This document shows, one piece after another, positions 9,007 to 17,625 of a stretch of DNA of 32,000 nt (its first letter is position 1; each line of letters starts with the position of its first letter). The notes below the pieces were generated by a model. The model was not told where the DNA came from and made no database searches. It saw only the letters and a list, made by a program, of their open reading frames with translations. The stretch comes from Candidatus Saccharimonadota bacterium (lineage in GTDB: Bacteria; Patescibacteriota; Gracilibacteria; UBA4473), in contig OY781871.1 in assembly GCA_963677105.1 (NCBI GenBank), positions 840,001 to 872,000 on the forward strand, given 5' to 3'. The translations under genes were made by a program, and so were the position numbers.

Positions 9007-9576
9007 ATGAAAAAAATAACACTGGTTGACGCACGAAATTTGATTGAAAAATATCTACAAGAAAAAAATAATCGGCTGCATTCTCGTGAAAGTGAAATAG
9101 TTGTGCGCGCGATTGCAAAATATTTAAAAAAAGACGAAGAACAATGGGCGATTGCTGGATTATTACACGATTTAGATTGGGAACAGACATCAGATAATTT
9201 TTCTCAGCATGGAGTTCGCACATTAGAAATTTTGTCAGAAGAAGGATTTGAAATTGAAGATGAAATGGCACACGCAATTACTGCTCACAATGAAGAATAT
9301 ACAGCAGTAAAACGAGAATCCGATTTAGATTACGCGCTTGCTGCTGGAGAAAGTATCACAGGATTAATTTACGCATATGCTCTTATGAGGCCAGAGAAGT
9401 TGTCTGGAATGAAAGCGAGTTCCTTAAACAAGAAATTTAAAAATAAACAATTTGCAGCGCCTGTTTCGAGAGAATTTATTTCAGATATAGAAAAAATAGG
9501 AATAGAAAAATCAGTTTTCTTTGAGCTTGCTATTGCGGCAATGCAAGAGATTTCTTCAGAAATTGATTTGGATTAA
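9007..9576 (+). CDS. HD-domain phosphohydrolase (COG2316-like)
   Basis: HSRESEIV...AGLLHDLDWE contains the H...HD metal-binding signature. ATG 9007 (MKKITL) is preferred to TTG 9001. Confidence 0.7.
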   Translation: MKKITLVDARNLIEKYLQEKNNRLHSRESEIVVRAIAKYLKKDEEQWAIAGLLHDLDWEQTSDNFSQHGVRTLEILSEEGFEIEDEMAHAITAHNEEYTAVKRESDLDYALAAGESITGLIYAYALMRPEKLSGMKASSLNKKFKNKQFAAPVSREFISDIEKIGIEKSVFFELAIAAMQEISSEIDLD

Positions 9577-9613
9577 AGTTGAAAAAAACAGGAAATATGG
9601 CAGACTTTAATCG

Positions 9614-10540
9614 ATGAAAAATTTGAATGTTGCTTTCTGTGGAGTGGATTTTGAAAATCCTCTTGTTTTGGCATCTGGCGTCTTGGGAGTTACCGCAGCT
9701 TCGTTAGCTCACGTGATTGAATTGGGTGCTGGAGGAATTACCACAAAAAGTATGTGGAGAGATCCGCATCCGGGACATCCAAATCCAACCATGTTTGGGA
9801 CGAAAGAATATTTCATGAATGCGGTAGGATTGTCTGATGCGGGACTTGTGAAAGGGGTTCAAACGATGAAAGAATTACGTGAAAGAACTTCTGCGCCGAT
9901 AATTGCCAATATTGTTGCAGGGAAAGTAGAAGATTTTGGAGCAATTGCAGAATCAATTGGAGAATTAAAACCAGACGTAGTGGAAGTAAATATTTCTTGT
10001 CCGAATGTGGAGTCAGAATTTGGAAAACCATTTGCTTGTTCTCGAGTAGATGCAGCAAATGTGACGAAACTTGTTCGTGATAATGTGGGGAATATTCCTA
10101 TTTCAGTGAAATTGTCACCGAATGTAGAATCGATTGTTGATATTGCACAATCAGTGGTAGACGCTGGAGCAAATGCAATTACAGCAATTAATACCGTTGG
10201 ACCAGGAATGCGTTGGAATATTGATTTACGAACGCCAATTTTATCAAATAAAGTAGGAGGAGTTTCTGGACCAGCAATTTTCCCAATTGCAGTGAAGTCT
10301 GTGTACGACATTCATAAAGCGCTTCCAAATACACCAATTATTGCAACTGGAGGAGTTAACTCGGGACGCGATGCACTTGAAATCATGATGGCTGGAGGAA
10401 CGCTTGTTGGAGTTGGAACAGCGATTTATTATCACGGAGACGCGACGTGGAAGAAATTTACAGACGAAATGTCTGCATGGTTAGAACAAAGTGAGTTCGA
10501 TAATTTATCGGATATTATTGGTCTTTTTCATAAAAAATAA
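9614..10540 (+). CDS. pyrD: dihydroorotate dehydrogenase, class 1B catalytic subunit
   Basis: FENPLVLASG, NISCPNV (active-site Cys), GGVSGPAIFPIA and IATGGV..G.DALE..MAG motifs. Immediately followed by pyrK. Confidence 0.92.
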   Translation: MKNLNVAFCGVDFENPLVLASGVLGVTAASLAHVIELGAGGITTKSMWRDPHPGHPNPTMFGTKEYFMNAVGLSDAGLVKGVQTMKELRERTSAPIIANIVAGKVEDFGAIAESIGELKPDVVEVNISCPNVESEFGKPFACSRVDAANVTKLVRDNVGNIPISVKLSPNVESIVDIAQSVVDAGANAITAINTVGPGMRWNIDLRTPILSNKVGGVSGPAIFPIAVKSVYDIHKALPNTPIIATGGVNSGRDALEIMMAGGTLVGVGTAIYYHGDATWKKFTDEMSAWLEQSEFDNLSDIIGLFHKK

Positions 10541-10542
10541 AT

Positions 10543-11382
10543 ATGGGATGTTGTAATAGCGGCTGCGGAGACAAAAATATTCATCACGACATCAATACAG
10601 AGCCTCGTGCATTTGTTATTGATCGAATGTGGGACGAAGCGGAAAACATAAAAACTTTTGTCTTCAAAGGAACACTTCATTCCAAACCAGGACAGTTTTG
10701 TATGCTTTGGTTGCCAGAATTTGACGAGAAACCGTTTTCGATTGCTCGAGATTATGATGGAGAAATTTGGCTTACTATTTGTAAGGTTGGACCAGCCACA
10801 ACACAATTATTTAAGATGAAACCGGGAGATCGAGTAGGACTTCGTGGTTCATTTGGAAATGGATTTTCTACTGTTGCGAACAAAAAAGTTGTTCTAGTCG
10901 GTGGTGGATATGGAACGGCTCCGCTTCATTTTACCGGAAAATGTCATCAAGATTCTGGTTCAGATGTAACAATGATTATTGGAGCACGAAGTAAAAATCT
11001 TCTTATTTGGGAAAAAAAATCAGAAGAAACGGGTTTTAGGACTTTAATTGCAACGAATGACGGATCAGCTGGAGTTGAAGGATTTACAACGCATATTTTA
11101 GAAAAATTATTACACGAAGAAAAAATAGATCTCGTTCAGACGTGTGGACCAGAAAAAATGATGAAAGCAATTGCGGAGATGTGTATGAAAAAAAATATTC
11201 CGTGTGAAGTTTCAGTGGAACGATATATGAAATGTGGATTTGGTATTTGTGGACAGTGTGTTGTGGAAACAGGAGAAAAAATGTGTCAGACAGGACCAGT
11301 TGTTTCTGCAGAAAGAGCAATGACATTTTCTGATTTTGGAGTATTCCATCGTGGTGCAGAAGGACAGAGAAAAGATTGGTAG
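10543..11382 (+). CDS. pyrK: dihydroorotate dehydrogenase electron-transfer subunit (FAD/2Fe-2S)
   Basis: Flavin reductase-like fold motifs (KPGQFCMLWLP, PFSIA, GGGYGTAPL) and a C-terminal 2Fe-2S loop MKCGFGICGQCVV. Starts 3 nt after pyrD. Confidence 0.9.
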   Translation: MGCCNSGCGDKNIHHDINTEPRAFVIDRMWDEAENIKTFVFKGTLHSKPGQFCMLWLPEFDEKPFSIARDYDGEIWLTICKVGPATTQLFKMKPGDRVGLRGSFGNGFSTVANKKVVLVGGGYGTAPLHFTGKCHQDSGSDVTMIIGARSKNLLIWEKKSEETGFRTLIATNDGSAGVEGFTTHILEKLLHEEKIDLVQTCGPEKMMKAIAEMCMKKNIPCEVSVERYMKCGFGICGQCVVETGEKMCQTGPVVSAERAMTFSDFGVFHRGAEGQRKDW

Positions 11383-11452
11383 TTGCTTTGCTTGAAAGTT
11401 AAATTTTCAAATATAAAAGTTCAAAGGATTTTAGAAGAGGGGGTTGTAGTTA

Positions 11453-11480
11453 TAAAAAAAAGACCTGCTTCGGCAGGTCT
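11453..11480 (-). terminator. rho-independent terminator (bidirectional potential)
   Basis: AGACCTGC-TTCG-GCAGGTCT forms a perfect 8-bp stem. The A8 run on the + strand is a T8 run on the - strand, downstream of the 11504..12178 gene. It could also stop pyrK transcription. Confidence 0.7.
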
Positions 11481-11503
11481 TAAATTTTCTTGTAGTGAAG
11501 GAA

Positions 11504-12178
11504 CTATTCCATCCAACGAGTACTCATATAAGGAGAAGCCATTCGATCGTGGAATCGTCCTTGAGAATATGTAGCACGTTTTGTGATACCAGTATTTCCT
11601 TGGCGTCGTCCAAGATTTCGTACCATGTCACGAGTAGTTAAGTTTGTTGCTCCAACATTCATTTTGAACATATCGCTAAATACTCTTTTTCGTGATACTT
11701 CGTTTTTCATTCCATCTACATTTCCCATTTCCATTGCGTCTTTGTTTCCATATCCAACTCCACCGTCAACATAGTAATTAATAGCAGCTTTTCGGAATGT
11801 TTGTTTGGAATTTACTGCTTGAACACGATTTTTGTCTATAGTTCGAACTCGATCTTTATCTTGTTCCATTTCACCATTTCGAGTCATTTCTGAACCGAGG
11901 TTTCCTGTAACATGATTTTCCTGTTTTAAGTTTTTGAGACGATATTCTTGATTATATGTATTGTAGTAATCACGATCATGTCGTGAGCGATCATACATGT
12001 GTTTATATCGAAGACGTAGTGCATCCAGATAATTACTTTGTCGAGACTGTACAAGCGAAGGGCTTGCTGCGTTGTAGCTTAATTCATCTGCAGTTAAGCT
12101 TGAAGAGTACGCATTTGTAGTACAGATTGTCGTTGCAGAAAACGCAACAGCGAATCCAATTGATAGAAGTTTTTTCAT
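11504..12178 (-). CDS. secreted hypothetical protein
   Basis: 224-aa ORF with signal peptide MKKLLSIGFAVAFSATTICTTNAYS. It is a polar Arg/Asn/Tyr-rich protein with no family recognised. A terminator lies downstream. Confidence 0.6.
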   Translation of the reverse strand: MKKLLSIGFAVAFSATTICTTNAYSSSLTADELSYNAASPSLVQSRQSNYLDALRLRYKHMYDRSRHDRDYYNTYNQEYRLKNLKQENHVTGNLGSEMTRNGEMEQDKDRVRTIDKNRVQAVNSKQTFRKAAINYYVDGGVGYGNKDAMEMGNVDGMKNEVSRKRVFSDMFKMNVGATNLTTRDMVRNLGRRQGNTGITKRATYSQGRFHDRMASPYMSTRWME

Positions 12179-12342
12179 TGTCCTTAGGGGTTATTATTCA
12201 AAACGTTCTGTGTAATTGTAAGTCATTTAAAATACTGAGCAAATTTTTCTTTCGAAAATTGATCAAAAATTACTTGAAATATTTTTCGTCTCGGGTTACT
12301 TTCAATTGTGGTTTTTCTATTTTTTAAAATACATATACAAAC

Positions 12343-12804
12343 ATGAAGATCAAAAATCCATTTATGGCAAAGAATTGGACGGTAGGGAAAATAATTCTTA
12401 TTGTTTGGTTTTTATTTGCAACGGTATTTGCCGCTTACTCTGGATGGGGAGCACTAAAAAATGTAATTTTCCGTCAAGGAGTACAGAGAGGAGCGTTGCT
12501 TGGACAAAATGAATCTATTACGAAAATAATTCAGTTGTCACAAAATTGTAACATGGTGAATTTATTTGCTGGAGAAGGGGAGAACCGAGTTGAAATCGGA
12601 CTTGTAAATGCAGAATGTACACCTGCACAAATAAAAGCAGCTGAAGCAGCAGCAGCATCACAGGCAACAGAAGCAGTAGAGCCAGCACCAACTCCTGTGC
12701 AACCTGAACCAGTTGTAACACCTCCGGTTGAAGAAGAAGCGCCAGTTGTTCAACTTGCTCCAGAAGAAGAAGGAAGTGAAGATTTAGAAGAACTCACAGA
12801 ATAA
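12343..12804 (+). CDS. membrane-anchored protein with Pro/Glu/Ala-rich acidic tail
   Basis: One N-terminal TM helix (IILIVWFLFATVFAAYSGW), a small domain with 2 Cys, then the low-complexity tail AEAAAASQATEAVEPAPTPVQPEPVVTPPVEEE. Confidence 0.6.
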   Translation: MKIKNPFMAKNWTVGKIILIVWFLFATVFAAYSGWGALKNVIFRQGVQRGALLGQNESITKIIQLSQNCNMVNLFAGEGENRVEIGLVNAECTPAQIKAAEAAAASQATEAVEPAPTPVQPEPVVTPPVEEEAPVVQLAPEEEGSEDLEELTE

Positions 12805-12825
12805 TTAGATAGATAGGAATTATGA

Positions 12826-12853
12826 AAAAATCTCGCTTAGGCGAGATTTTTTT
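12826..12853. terminator. bidirectional rho-independent terminator between convergent genes
   Basis: AAAAATCTCGC-TTAG-GCGAGATTTTTTT has an A-run and a T-run flanking a GC-containing stem. It sits between 12343..12804 (+) and 12880..13620 (-). Confidence 0.7.
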
Positions 12854-12879
12854 AGCTTAAAATTATTTGTAGAAAAATT

Positions 12880-13620
12880 TTACTTTGAATTGTAGTTTTC
12901 ATAATCACTTCCAAATCGAGTTTCTGTATTAAGAACATCACTTCCATATGTACGAAAAACCCATTGATAAATGGTTGTAGTAAAGGAATTACTCATTGCA
13001 AGAAATCCAAACAGAAGCGGCATTGCCAATAAAACGAGAGAAGTAGAATTAGAAGTAAGACTCATTGTTGCAATAAAATAAAAAGCAAGTGCTATAGCCA
13101 TAGAATATACATTAATGAGGAAATGCTTACTCCAGTGAAGTGTTTCAAGAATTAAAAAAGTGAAAATTCCAGCAATAAGGAAGTGAGTAAGAACGATGTT
13201 TGTTACTCCGTCTACACCAGTCTTATTGCTTGCAATTATATATCCAGGAATCATGACAATCATAAGTACTAAATTCCCAAAAAATGTATGAGTGAGTGCC
13301 GTTGATTTTAATGAGAATCTGTCTTCAACAAGAACCATAAGAAGTGTATATGTTGCAGCTGAAGCAAGAACTCCAAGGAAAGATGCGAGCATAACTAAAT
13401 AAACAAATAAAGGGTGTGTATTTGTTTCTTTCACAAGAACGCCAAATCCATTCACCGTTTCAGCTGTAGCGGATAAAGATTCACCAACAATGGACCATCC
13501 AGCGAAAAGGATGAGCATGAAGACGACGCTTCCGGCGAAACCGGCGCCAACACCCGTAAAAAAACGGAAGATTATTTGAGAGAGGGAAACGTTTTTTTCT
13601 GTATTCATGTTTTTATTCAA
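12880..13620 (-). CDS. polytopic integral membrane protein (about 6-7 TM), unknown function
   Basis: 246-aa ORF made almost entirely of hydrophobic helices (FFTGVGAGFAGSVVFMLILFAGW, LFVYLVMLASFLGVLASAATYTLLMVLV and others). Confidence 0.65.
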   Translation of the reverse strand: MNKNMNTEKNVSLSQIIFRFFTGVGAGFAGSVVFMLILFAGWSIVGESLSATAETVNGFGVLVKETNTHPLFVYLVMLASFLGVLASAATYTLLMVLVEDRFSLKSTALTHTFFGNLVLMIVMIPGYIIASNKTGVDGVTNIVLTHFLIAGIFTFLILETLHWSKHFLINVYSMAIALAFYFIATMSLTSNSTSLVLLAMPLLFGFLAMSNSFTTTIYQWVFRTYGSDVLNTETRFGSDYENYNSK

Positions 13621-13650
13621 AAAATTCCTTCATATTTTATCAGAAAGAAT

Positions 13651-13768
13651 GTCAAAGTACAAAGTTCAAAATCGCTTTGCTCTAAAGGCGCGTTGCTTCA
13701 ATGTACAAAGATTAAATAACAAAGAAGAATCTTTTGTACTTTGCACTTTGATATTTGGAGCGAAACGA
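13651..13768. repeat. cluster of head/tail repeat units in both orientations
   Basis: On the + strand: GTCAAAGTACAAAGTTCAAAATCGCTTTGCTC and GCGCGTTGCTTCAATGTACAAAGATTAAATAACAAAG. On the - strand, directly after the trmD stop: CGTTTCGCTCCAAATATCAAAGTGCAAAGTACAAAAG. The opposed CAAAGTACAAAG tracts could pair. Confidence 0.7.
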
Positions 13769-14428
13769 TTATTTACAGTTGTCGTTTCGCCATTCTTCAA
13801 TTTTTGCATGATGACCAGAAAGAAGTACGGCTGGAACTTTCATGCCACGAAAATCAGAAGGTCTTGTGTAATGAGGATATTCAATTTTTCCATTAAGTTT
13901 TTCACTAAAACTTTCTTCTTGGTGGCTCTCTTCTTTTCCTAAAACTCCAGGTAACAACCTTCCAATAGTATCAATGAAAATTTGTGCAGGAAGCTCTCCT
14001 CCGGTGAGTATAAAATTTCCTACAGATATTTCCTCATCAATAAGTGAATCTCTTACTCTCTGGTCAATTCCTTCGTAATGTCCGCACAATAAAATTATTC
14101 GTGAATACTTTTTTTGATCTGAGTATTGTTCGGCTATTTCTTGATTAAAAACAGTTTTAGACGGCGTTAGAAAAATAACAGGAGCTTCGTCTTTCTCAAG
14201 ATTTTTCACGTGCTCGATACAATCAAATAATGGCTGACAAGACATTACCATTCCTGCTCCGCCACCAAAGGGAACATCGTCTACTTTTCTGTGTTTATTT
14301 TCTGTGAAATCGCGAATGTCATACAGGTTTACCGTAATTTTTTTTTCTTCAATGGCACGTCCAATAATGGATGTTTTTAAAAAGCTTTCAAAAGCTTCTG
14401 GAAAAAGAGTTAAAATTTCAAATTTCAT
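13769..14428 (-). CDS. trmD: tRNA (guanine37-N1)-methyltransferase
   Basis: MKFEILTLFPEAFESFL, DDVPFGGGAGMVM and LLCGHYEGIDQRV motifs. Confidence 0.93.
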   Translation of the reverse strand: MKFEILTLFPEAFESFLKTSIIGRAIEEKKITVNLYDIRDFTENKHRKVDDVPFGGGAGMVMSCQPLFDCIEHVKNLEKDEAPVIFLTPSKTVFNQEIAEQYSDQKKYSRIILLCGHYEGIDQRVRDSLIDEEISVGNFILTGGELPAQIFIDTIGRLLPGVLGKEESHQEESFSEKLNGKIEYPHYTRPSDFRGMKVPAVLLSGHHAKIEEWRNDNCK

Positions 14429-14454
14429 GATCGGATTTTGGCAGAAATGTAATA

Positions 14455-14486
14455 AAACTACAAACTACAAACAGAAAATTACAAAG
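14455..14486 (+). repeat. tail-only repeat copy (AAACTACAAACTACAAACAGAAAATTACAAAG)
   Basis: Lies in the divergent trmD/purC spacer and has the same ACAAA-type periodic motif. Confidence 0.55.
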
Positions 14487-14574
14487 AAGAATTTTATATT
14501 TAAAATTTGAGTATTGAGAATTGAAGTTTTTTTGAATTTATACATAATGTTTTTGTATTTATTAGAATAATAAA

Positions 14575-15555
14575 ATGAACGATCTGATTCAATCGGCACT
14601 TGCAACAACTGTTGATAAAATATCTTTCTCAGAAGCAAAAGAGCATCATAAAGGGAAAGTGCGAGAAAGTTTTATTCTCAATAATAATCAACGTGCAATT
14701 GTGGTTACTGATCGTATTTCTGCGTTTGATTTTGTTCTTGGAACCGTTCCATTCAAAGGACAAGTTTTGAATCAAATGGCAGCGTGGTGGTTTAAAAAAT
14801 TGGACGGAGTAGTTCCACATCATTTAATTGATGTACCAGATCCAAATATTTCTCTGGTAAAAAACGTAACGCCGTTGCCGATAGAAGTGATTGTTCGCGG
14901 ATATTTGACTGGATCTACGAAAACATCGAGTTGGTATGCATATCAGAATTTAGATCGAATGATTTGCGGAATTGAAATGCCAGAAGGAATGAAAAAGAAT
15001 CAGAAATTTGACACACCATTTATTACACCGACTACAAAACCAACGGAAGAAGGCGCTCATGATGAAAATATTTCTTCAGAAGAAGTAGTTTCTCGTGGAT
15101 TTGTTGACGTGGAAACATGGAAAAAAGCACGGGAATATGCGTTGAAAATGTTTGCTTTGGGGCAAAAAATTGCAGCAGAACATGGATTGATTCTCGTAGA
15201 TACAAAATATGAAATGGGAATGACTTCGGATGGAGAATTGATCGTAATTGATGAAGTTCACACGCCGGATAGTTCTCGTTACTGGATTGCGGACACATAT
15301 CAAGAATTATTTGAAGCAGGAAAATCCCCAGAATCACTTAGTAAAGAGTTTGTGCGTTCTGCGTTAGTTGAAAAAGGATACGATATAGATGATCCAAACG
15401 CTGATCCGGCAGAATATTTGAATGACGAATTACGCATTGCTGCGGCGAAGAAATACGTAGAATTGTACGAAAGAGTTACTGGAGAGAAATTCATTTTCCC
15501 AGAAGACATAGATGCAGAGGGACGGATTGAAAAGGCATTATCAAATATCAAATAA
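14575..15555 (+). CDS. purC: phosphoribosylaminoimidazole-succinocarboxamide (SAICAR) synthase, long form
   Basis: GKVRE, DRISAFD, VRGYLTGS, LILVDTKYEMG and DEVHTPDSSRYW motifs. Confidence 0.92.
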   Translation: MNDLIQSALATTVDKISFSEAKEHHKGKVRESFILNNNQRAIVVTDRISAFDFVLGTVPFKGQVLNQMAAWWFKKLDGVVPHHLIDVPDPNISLVKNVTPLPIEVIVRGYLTGSTKTSSWYAYQNLDRMICGIEMPEGMKKNQKFDTPFITPTTKPTEEGAHDENISSEEVVSRGFVDVETWKKAREYALKMFALGQKIAAEHGLILVDTKYEMGMTSDGELIVIDEVHTPDSSRYWIADTYQELFEAGKSPESLSKEFVRSALVEKGYDIDDPNADPAEYLNDELRIAAAKKYVELYERVTGEKFIFPEDIDAEGRIEKALSNIK

Positions 15556-15675
15556 CAAAGTACAAAGTACAAAGTACAAAGAGTCGTTTCGCTCAAAATA
15601 ACAAATTACAAACTACAAAGTAGTCGCTTCGCTCAAAACTACAGTATTCAAACTACAAAGTTCAAAATTTGAATT
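15556..15675 (+). repeat. largest copy of the intergenic repeat family: (ACAAAGT)x~3.9 perfect tandem heptamers, then two head+tail units
   Basis: The array begins around the purC TAA stop: its first A (15555) is the last base of the stop codon (15553-15555), and this feature is drawn from 15556. Sequence: AACAAAGTACAAAGTACAAAGTACAAAGAG TCGTTTCGCTC AAAATAACAAATTACAAACTACAAAG TAGTCGCTTCGCTC AAAACTACAGTATTCAAACTACAAAGTTCAAAA. Confidence 0.85.
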
Positions 15676-15741
15676 GTCTTTGCGAACGAAGTGAAGCAAT
15701 CTTGGATTACTTCGATTTACTTGTAATAATAAAAAGAACTT

Positions 15742-15815
15742 TGTCATTCTGAACTTGATTCAGGATCTATAAAAATAGTTTTTCGAGTAGATTGCGGATC
15801 AAGTCAACAATGACA
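15742..15815. repeat. imperfect palindromic (MITE/REP-like) element
   Basis: Left arm TGTCATTCTGAACTTGATTCAGGATC (15742-15767) against the reverse complement of the right arm GATTGCGGATCAAGTCAACAATGACA (15790-15815) gives 18/26 matches by hand alignment. A related half-copy lies at 19992-20018. An adjacent hairpin-like GAAGCAATC-TTG-GATTACTTC is at about 15700-15725. Confidence 0.55.
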
Positions 15816-15883
15816 GGAGAAAATTTGGTTTTTATAAAAAACATAAAAAGTGTTATTTAGCTAGTCTTTTTTGAATAAAAAAG

Positions 15884-15912
15884 TTGCACTGTGAATAGAG
15901 AATGCTCAGTAT
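15884..15912 (+). promoter_or_regulatory. putative promoter of pilin cassette 1 (TTGCAC-N17-CAGTAT)
   Basis: The same -35-like box, 17-nt spacing and hexamer are conserved upstream of cassettes 1-3. The -10 match to TATAAT is weak, so the assignment is tentative. Confidence 0.35.
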
Positions 15913-15947
15913 GTATGGGTAAAAATAATTTTTAACATCTCCCAAAA

Positions 15948-16679
15948 ATGAGAAATAAAAACCAACAGAAAGGGTTTACCCTTATTGAGTTGCTAGTGGT
16001 GATCGTGATTCTCGGAATCTTATCAACGATCTCAGTAGGAACATTCCGCTCATACTTCGCAAAAGCGCGAGATTCAGAGCGAGTATCGACAGTACAGAAT
16101 CTGGCGATGATGATGAAAGTAGATTCAGGAGGAAGTGGGGATTGTGGAGTTTATAATTATCAAGCAGCGAGTGGTACAACTCAAGACGCAAGTGGTGTTG
16201 AAACTGGTACATGTTCAAATCTAGGCGTATTGGGTAGTCTTTTGAGTAATAATGATTACGCAATGCCAACATCTAAAAATGGATTAAAATATTATTATGG
16301 ATTTAGATTAGGTGAGACAGAAGGGGATAATGAATTTTTTATTATGATTGGTGCAGAAGAAGAGAATCCACAGAATGGAAAAGCATTGGCTAGTGCTGAT
16401 GCTGGAGATCCTTATGAGTTTGCGTTTGTAGACGGAACTACAGAGGGAATTACAGAAGTAACAGCAAATTGTAATCCTGATAATACGACAGGAGCTCCTG
16501 TCTGTACGGCGAACGTTTGGAATGTTATAGAAATTCTAGATGGAGGAGCATTTGCGGGAACGCCAGCTTGTACGGTTAGTTCAAATAACACAACATTGCC
16601 TTGTGTGTGTGAGGGAGGAGCAACATGTAGTGGAGCGAATTCTTACTGTCAAATTGGTGGTACTTGTACAACGCCATAA
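15948..16679 (+). CDS. type IV pilin-like protein (prepilin N-terminal cleavage/methylation domain), paralog 1, Cys-rich C-terminal module
   Basis: MRNKNQQKG|FTLIELLVVIVILGIL is a class III signal (Gly-1, Phe+1, Glu+5). The core DSGGSGDC..YNY, NNDYAMP..KNGL.YYYGF, TEGDNEFF..GAEEENPQNGK and FVDGTTEGI is shared with the other three paralogs. Total of 10 Cys. Confidence 0.9.
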   Translation: MRNKNQQKGFTLIELLVVIVILGILSTISVGTFRSYFAKARDSERVSTVQNLAMMMKVDSGGSGDCGVYNYQAASGTTQDASGVETGTCSNLGVLGSLLSNNDYAMPTSKNGLKYYYGFRLGETEGDNEFFIMIGAEEENPQNGKALASADAGDPYEFAFVDGTTEGITEVTANCNPDNTTGAPVCTANVWNVIEILDGGAFAGTPACTVSSNNTTLPCVCEGGATCSGANSYCQIGGTCTTP

Positions 16680-16700
16680 GTGTTTTAGAAATTTAAATAA

Positions 16701-16731
16701 AAAAGCTTCTCTGAAAGGGGAAGTTTTTTTT
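16701..16731 (+). terminator. rho-independent terminator of cassette 1
   Basis: AAAAGCTTCTC-TGAAAG-GGGAAGTTTTTTTT forms a stem with one G.U pair followed by a T8 run. Confidence 0.65.
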
Positions 16732-16764
16732 GTGAAAAAAAAGTATTATCTAAATAAAAAAAAG

Positions 16765-16793
16765 TTGCAAAAAAGGATGTAAGATATCAGTAT
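16765..16793 (+). promoter_or_regulatory. putative promoter of pilin cassette 2 (TTGCAA-N17-CAGTAT)
   Basis: Conserved spacing and sequence with cassettes 1 and 3. The downstream leader GGGTAAAAATAATTTTTAA(T/C)ATCTCCCAAAATG is nearly identical to that of cassette 1. Confidence 0.35.
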
Positions 16794-16827
16794 ACACGGG
16801 TAAAAATAATTTTTAATATCTCCCAAA

Positions 16828-17430
16828 ATGAGAAACAAATACCAACAGAAAGGGTTTACCCTTATTGAGTTGCTAGTGGTGATCGTGATTCTCGGAATCT
16901 TATCAACGATCTCAGTAGGAACATTTCGATCGTACTTTGCAAAGGCACGAGATTCAGAGCGAGTATCGACGGTACAGAATATTGCGATGATGATAAAGGT
17001 TGATTCAGGAGGAAGTGGAGACTGTAAGGTATATAATTATGGAAATGGGTTAAAACATACGAGTGGAGATACTATAACTTGTAATGGAGTAGATACATCA
17101 ACATTAAAAACTCTTTTGGAAAACAATGATTATTCAATGCCAAGTGCAAAAAATGGATTAACTTATTATTACGGTTTTAAAATTGGTGCTACAGAAGGAG
17201 ATAATGAATTTTTTGTGGCAGTTGGAGCAGAAGAAGAACATCCACAAAACGGAAAAGAAGAGACTGGAGGTGGAGAATTTATTTTTGTAGATGGAACGAC
17301 AGAAGGAATTGCGGCGGCATTGGCAGGAGATGCTACAATAGATTGTGATGTTGCAGCAGGTGGTGTGATCACTTGTAATGCAACTAATTGGGAATTGTTT
17401 ACGATAGATGATGACGCAGAGCTTTTGTAG
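16828..17430 (+). CDS. type IV pilin-like protein, paralog 2
   Basis: MRNKYQQKG|FTLIELLVV... has the same N-terminus and core blocks. It is 200 aa with 4 Cys, and its C-terminal third is divergent. Confidence 0.9.
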   Translation: MRNKYQQKGFTLIELLVVIVILGILSTISVGTFRSYFAKARDSERVSTVQNIAMMIKVDSGGSGDCKVYNYGNGLKHTSGDTITCNGVDTSTLKTLLENNDYSMPSAKNGLTYYYGFKIGATEGDNEFFVAVGAEEEHPQNGKEETGGGEFIFVDGTTEGIAAALAGDATIDCDVAAGGVITCNATNWELFTIDDDAELL

Positions 17431-17451
17431 TAATGGAACAATTTAAGAAAG

Positions 17452-17478
17452 AACTTCCTCGAAAGGGGAAGTTTTTTT
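17452..17478 (+). terminator. rho-independent terminator of cassette 2
   Basis: AACTTCCTC-GAAA-GGGGAAGTT followed by T7. The hairpin sequence is conserved with the cassette 3 terminator. Confidence 0.75.
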
Positions 17479-17563
17479 CAGATAAAGGAGAAATAGTGGA
17501 TTAAATTAATTTATAAAAAAACATAAAAATTACATTTTTGCTATCTTTTTTTGAATAAAAAAT

Positions 17564-17592
17564 TTGCACTAAGGATAGAGAATGTTCAGTAT
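17564..17592 (+). promoter_or_regulatory. putative promoter of pilin cassette 3 (TTGCAC-N17-CAGTAT)
   Basis: The roughly 120-bp upstream region (TATAAAAAAACATAAAAA...TTTTTTGAATAAAAAATTTGCACTAAGGATAGAGAATGTTCAGTATGTAT) is a close copy of 15833-15915. Confidence 0.35.
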
Positions 17593-17625
17593 GTATCAGT
17601 AAAAATACTTTATAACATTTTCAAA

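Noticed and set aside
9859-10311. 150-aa - strand ORF inside pyrD, plus the smaller ORFs at 9813..10058 and 10244..10435
   Set aside because: They lie antisense to pyrD, whose motifs are unambiguous.
13607-13942. 111-aa + strand ORF spanning the repeat cluster and the 3' end of trmD
   Set aside because: It reads through intergenic repeat units and then runs antisense to trmD. Its sequence is Phe/Lys-rich AT-driven sequence.
15300-15596. 98-aa - strand ORF at the end of purC
   Set aside because: It lies antisense to purC and runs into the heptamer repeat.
15555-15675. CRISPR array, considered because of the short tandem and dispersed repeats
   Set aside because: The repeats are 7-nt units or ~40-nt head/tail units without regularly sized unique spacers. 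The copies are scattered singly at gene ends and no cas genes are present.
16540-16782. 80-aa + strand ORF overlapping the end of pilin paralog 1 and its terminator
   Set aside because: It is an out-of-frame overlap with a well-supported pilin coding sequence and reads through the terminator hairpin.
17551-17625. N-terminal extension of pilin paralog 3 from TTG 17551
   Set aside because: The extension covers the conserved promoter and leader region shared with cassettes 1 and 2. Homology fixes the start at ATG 17626.
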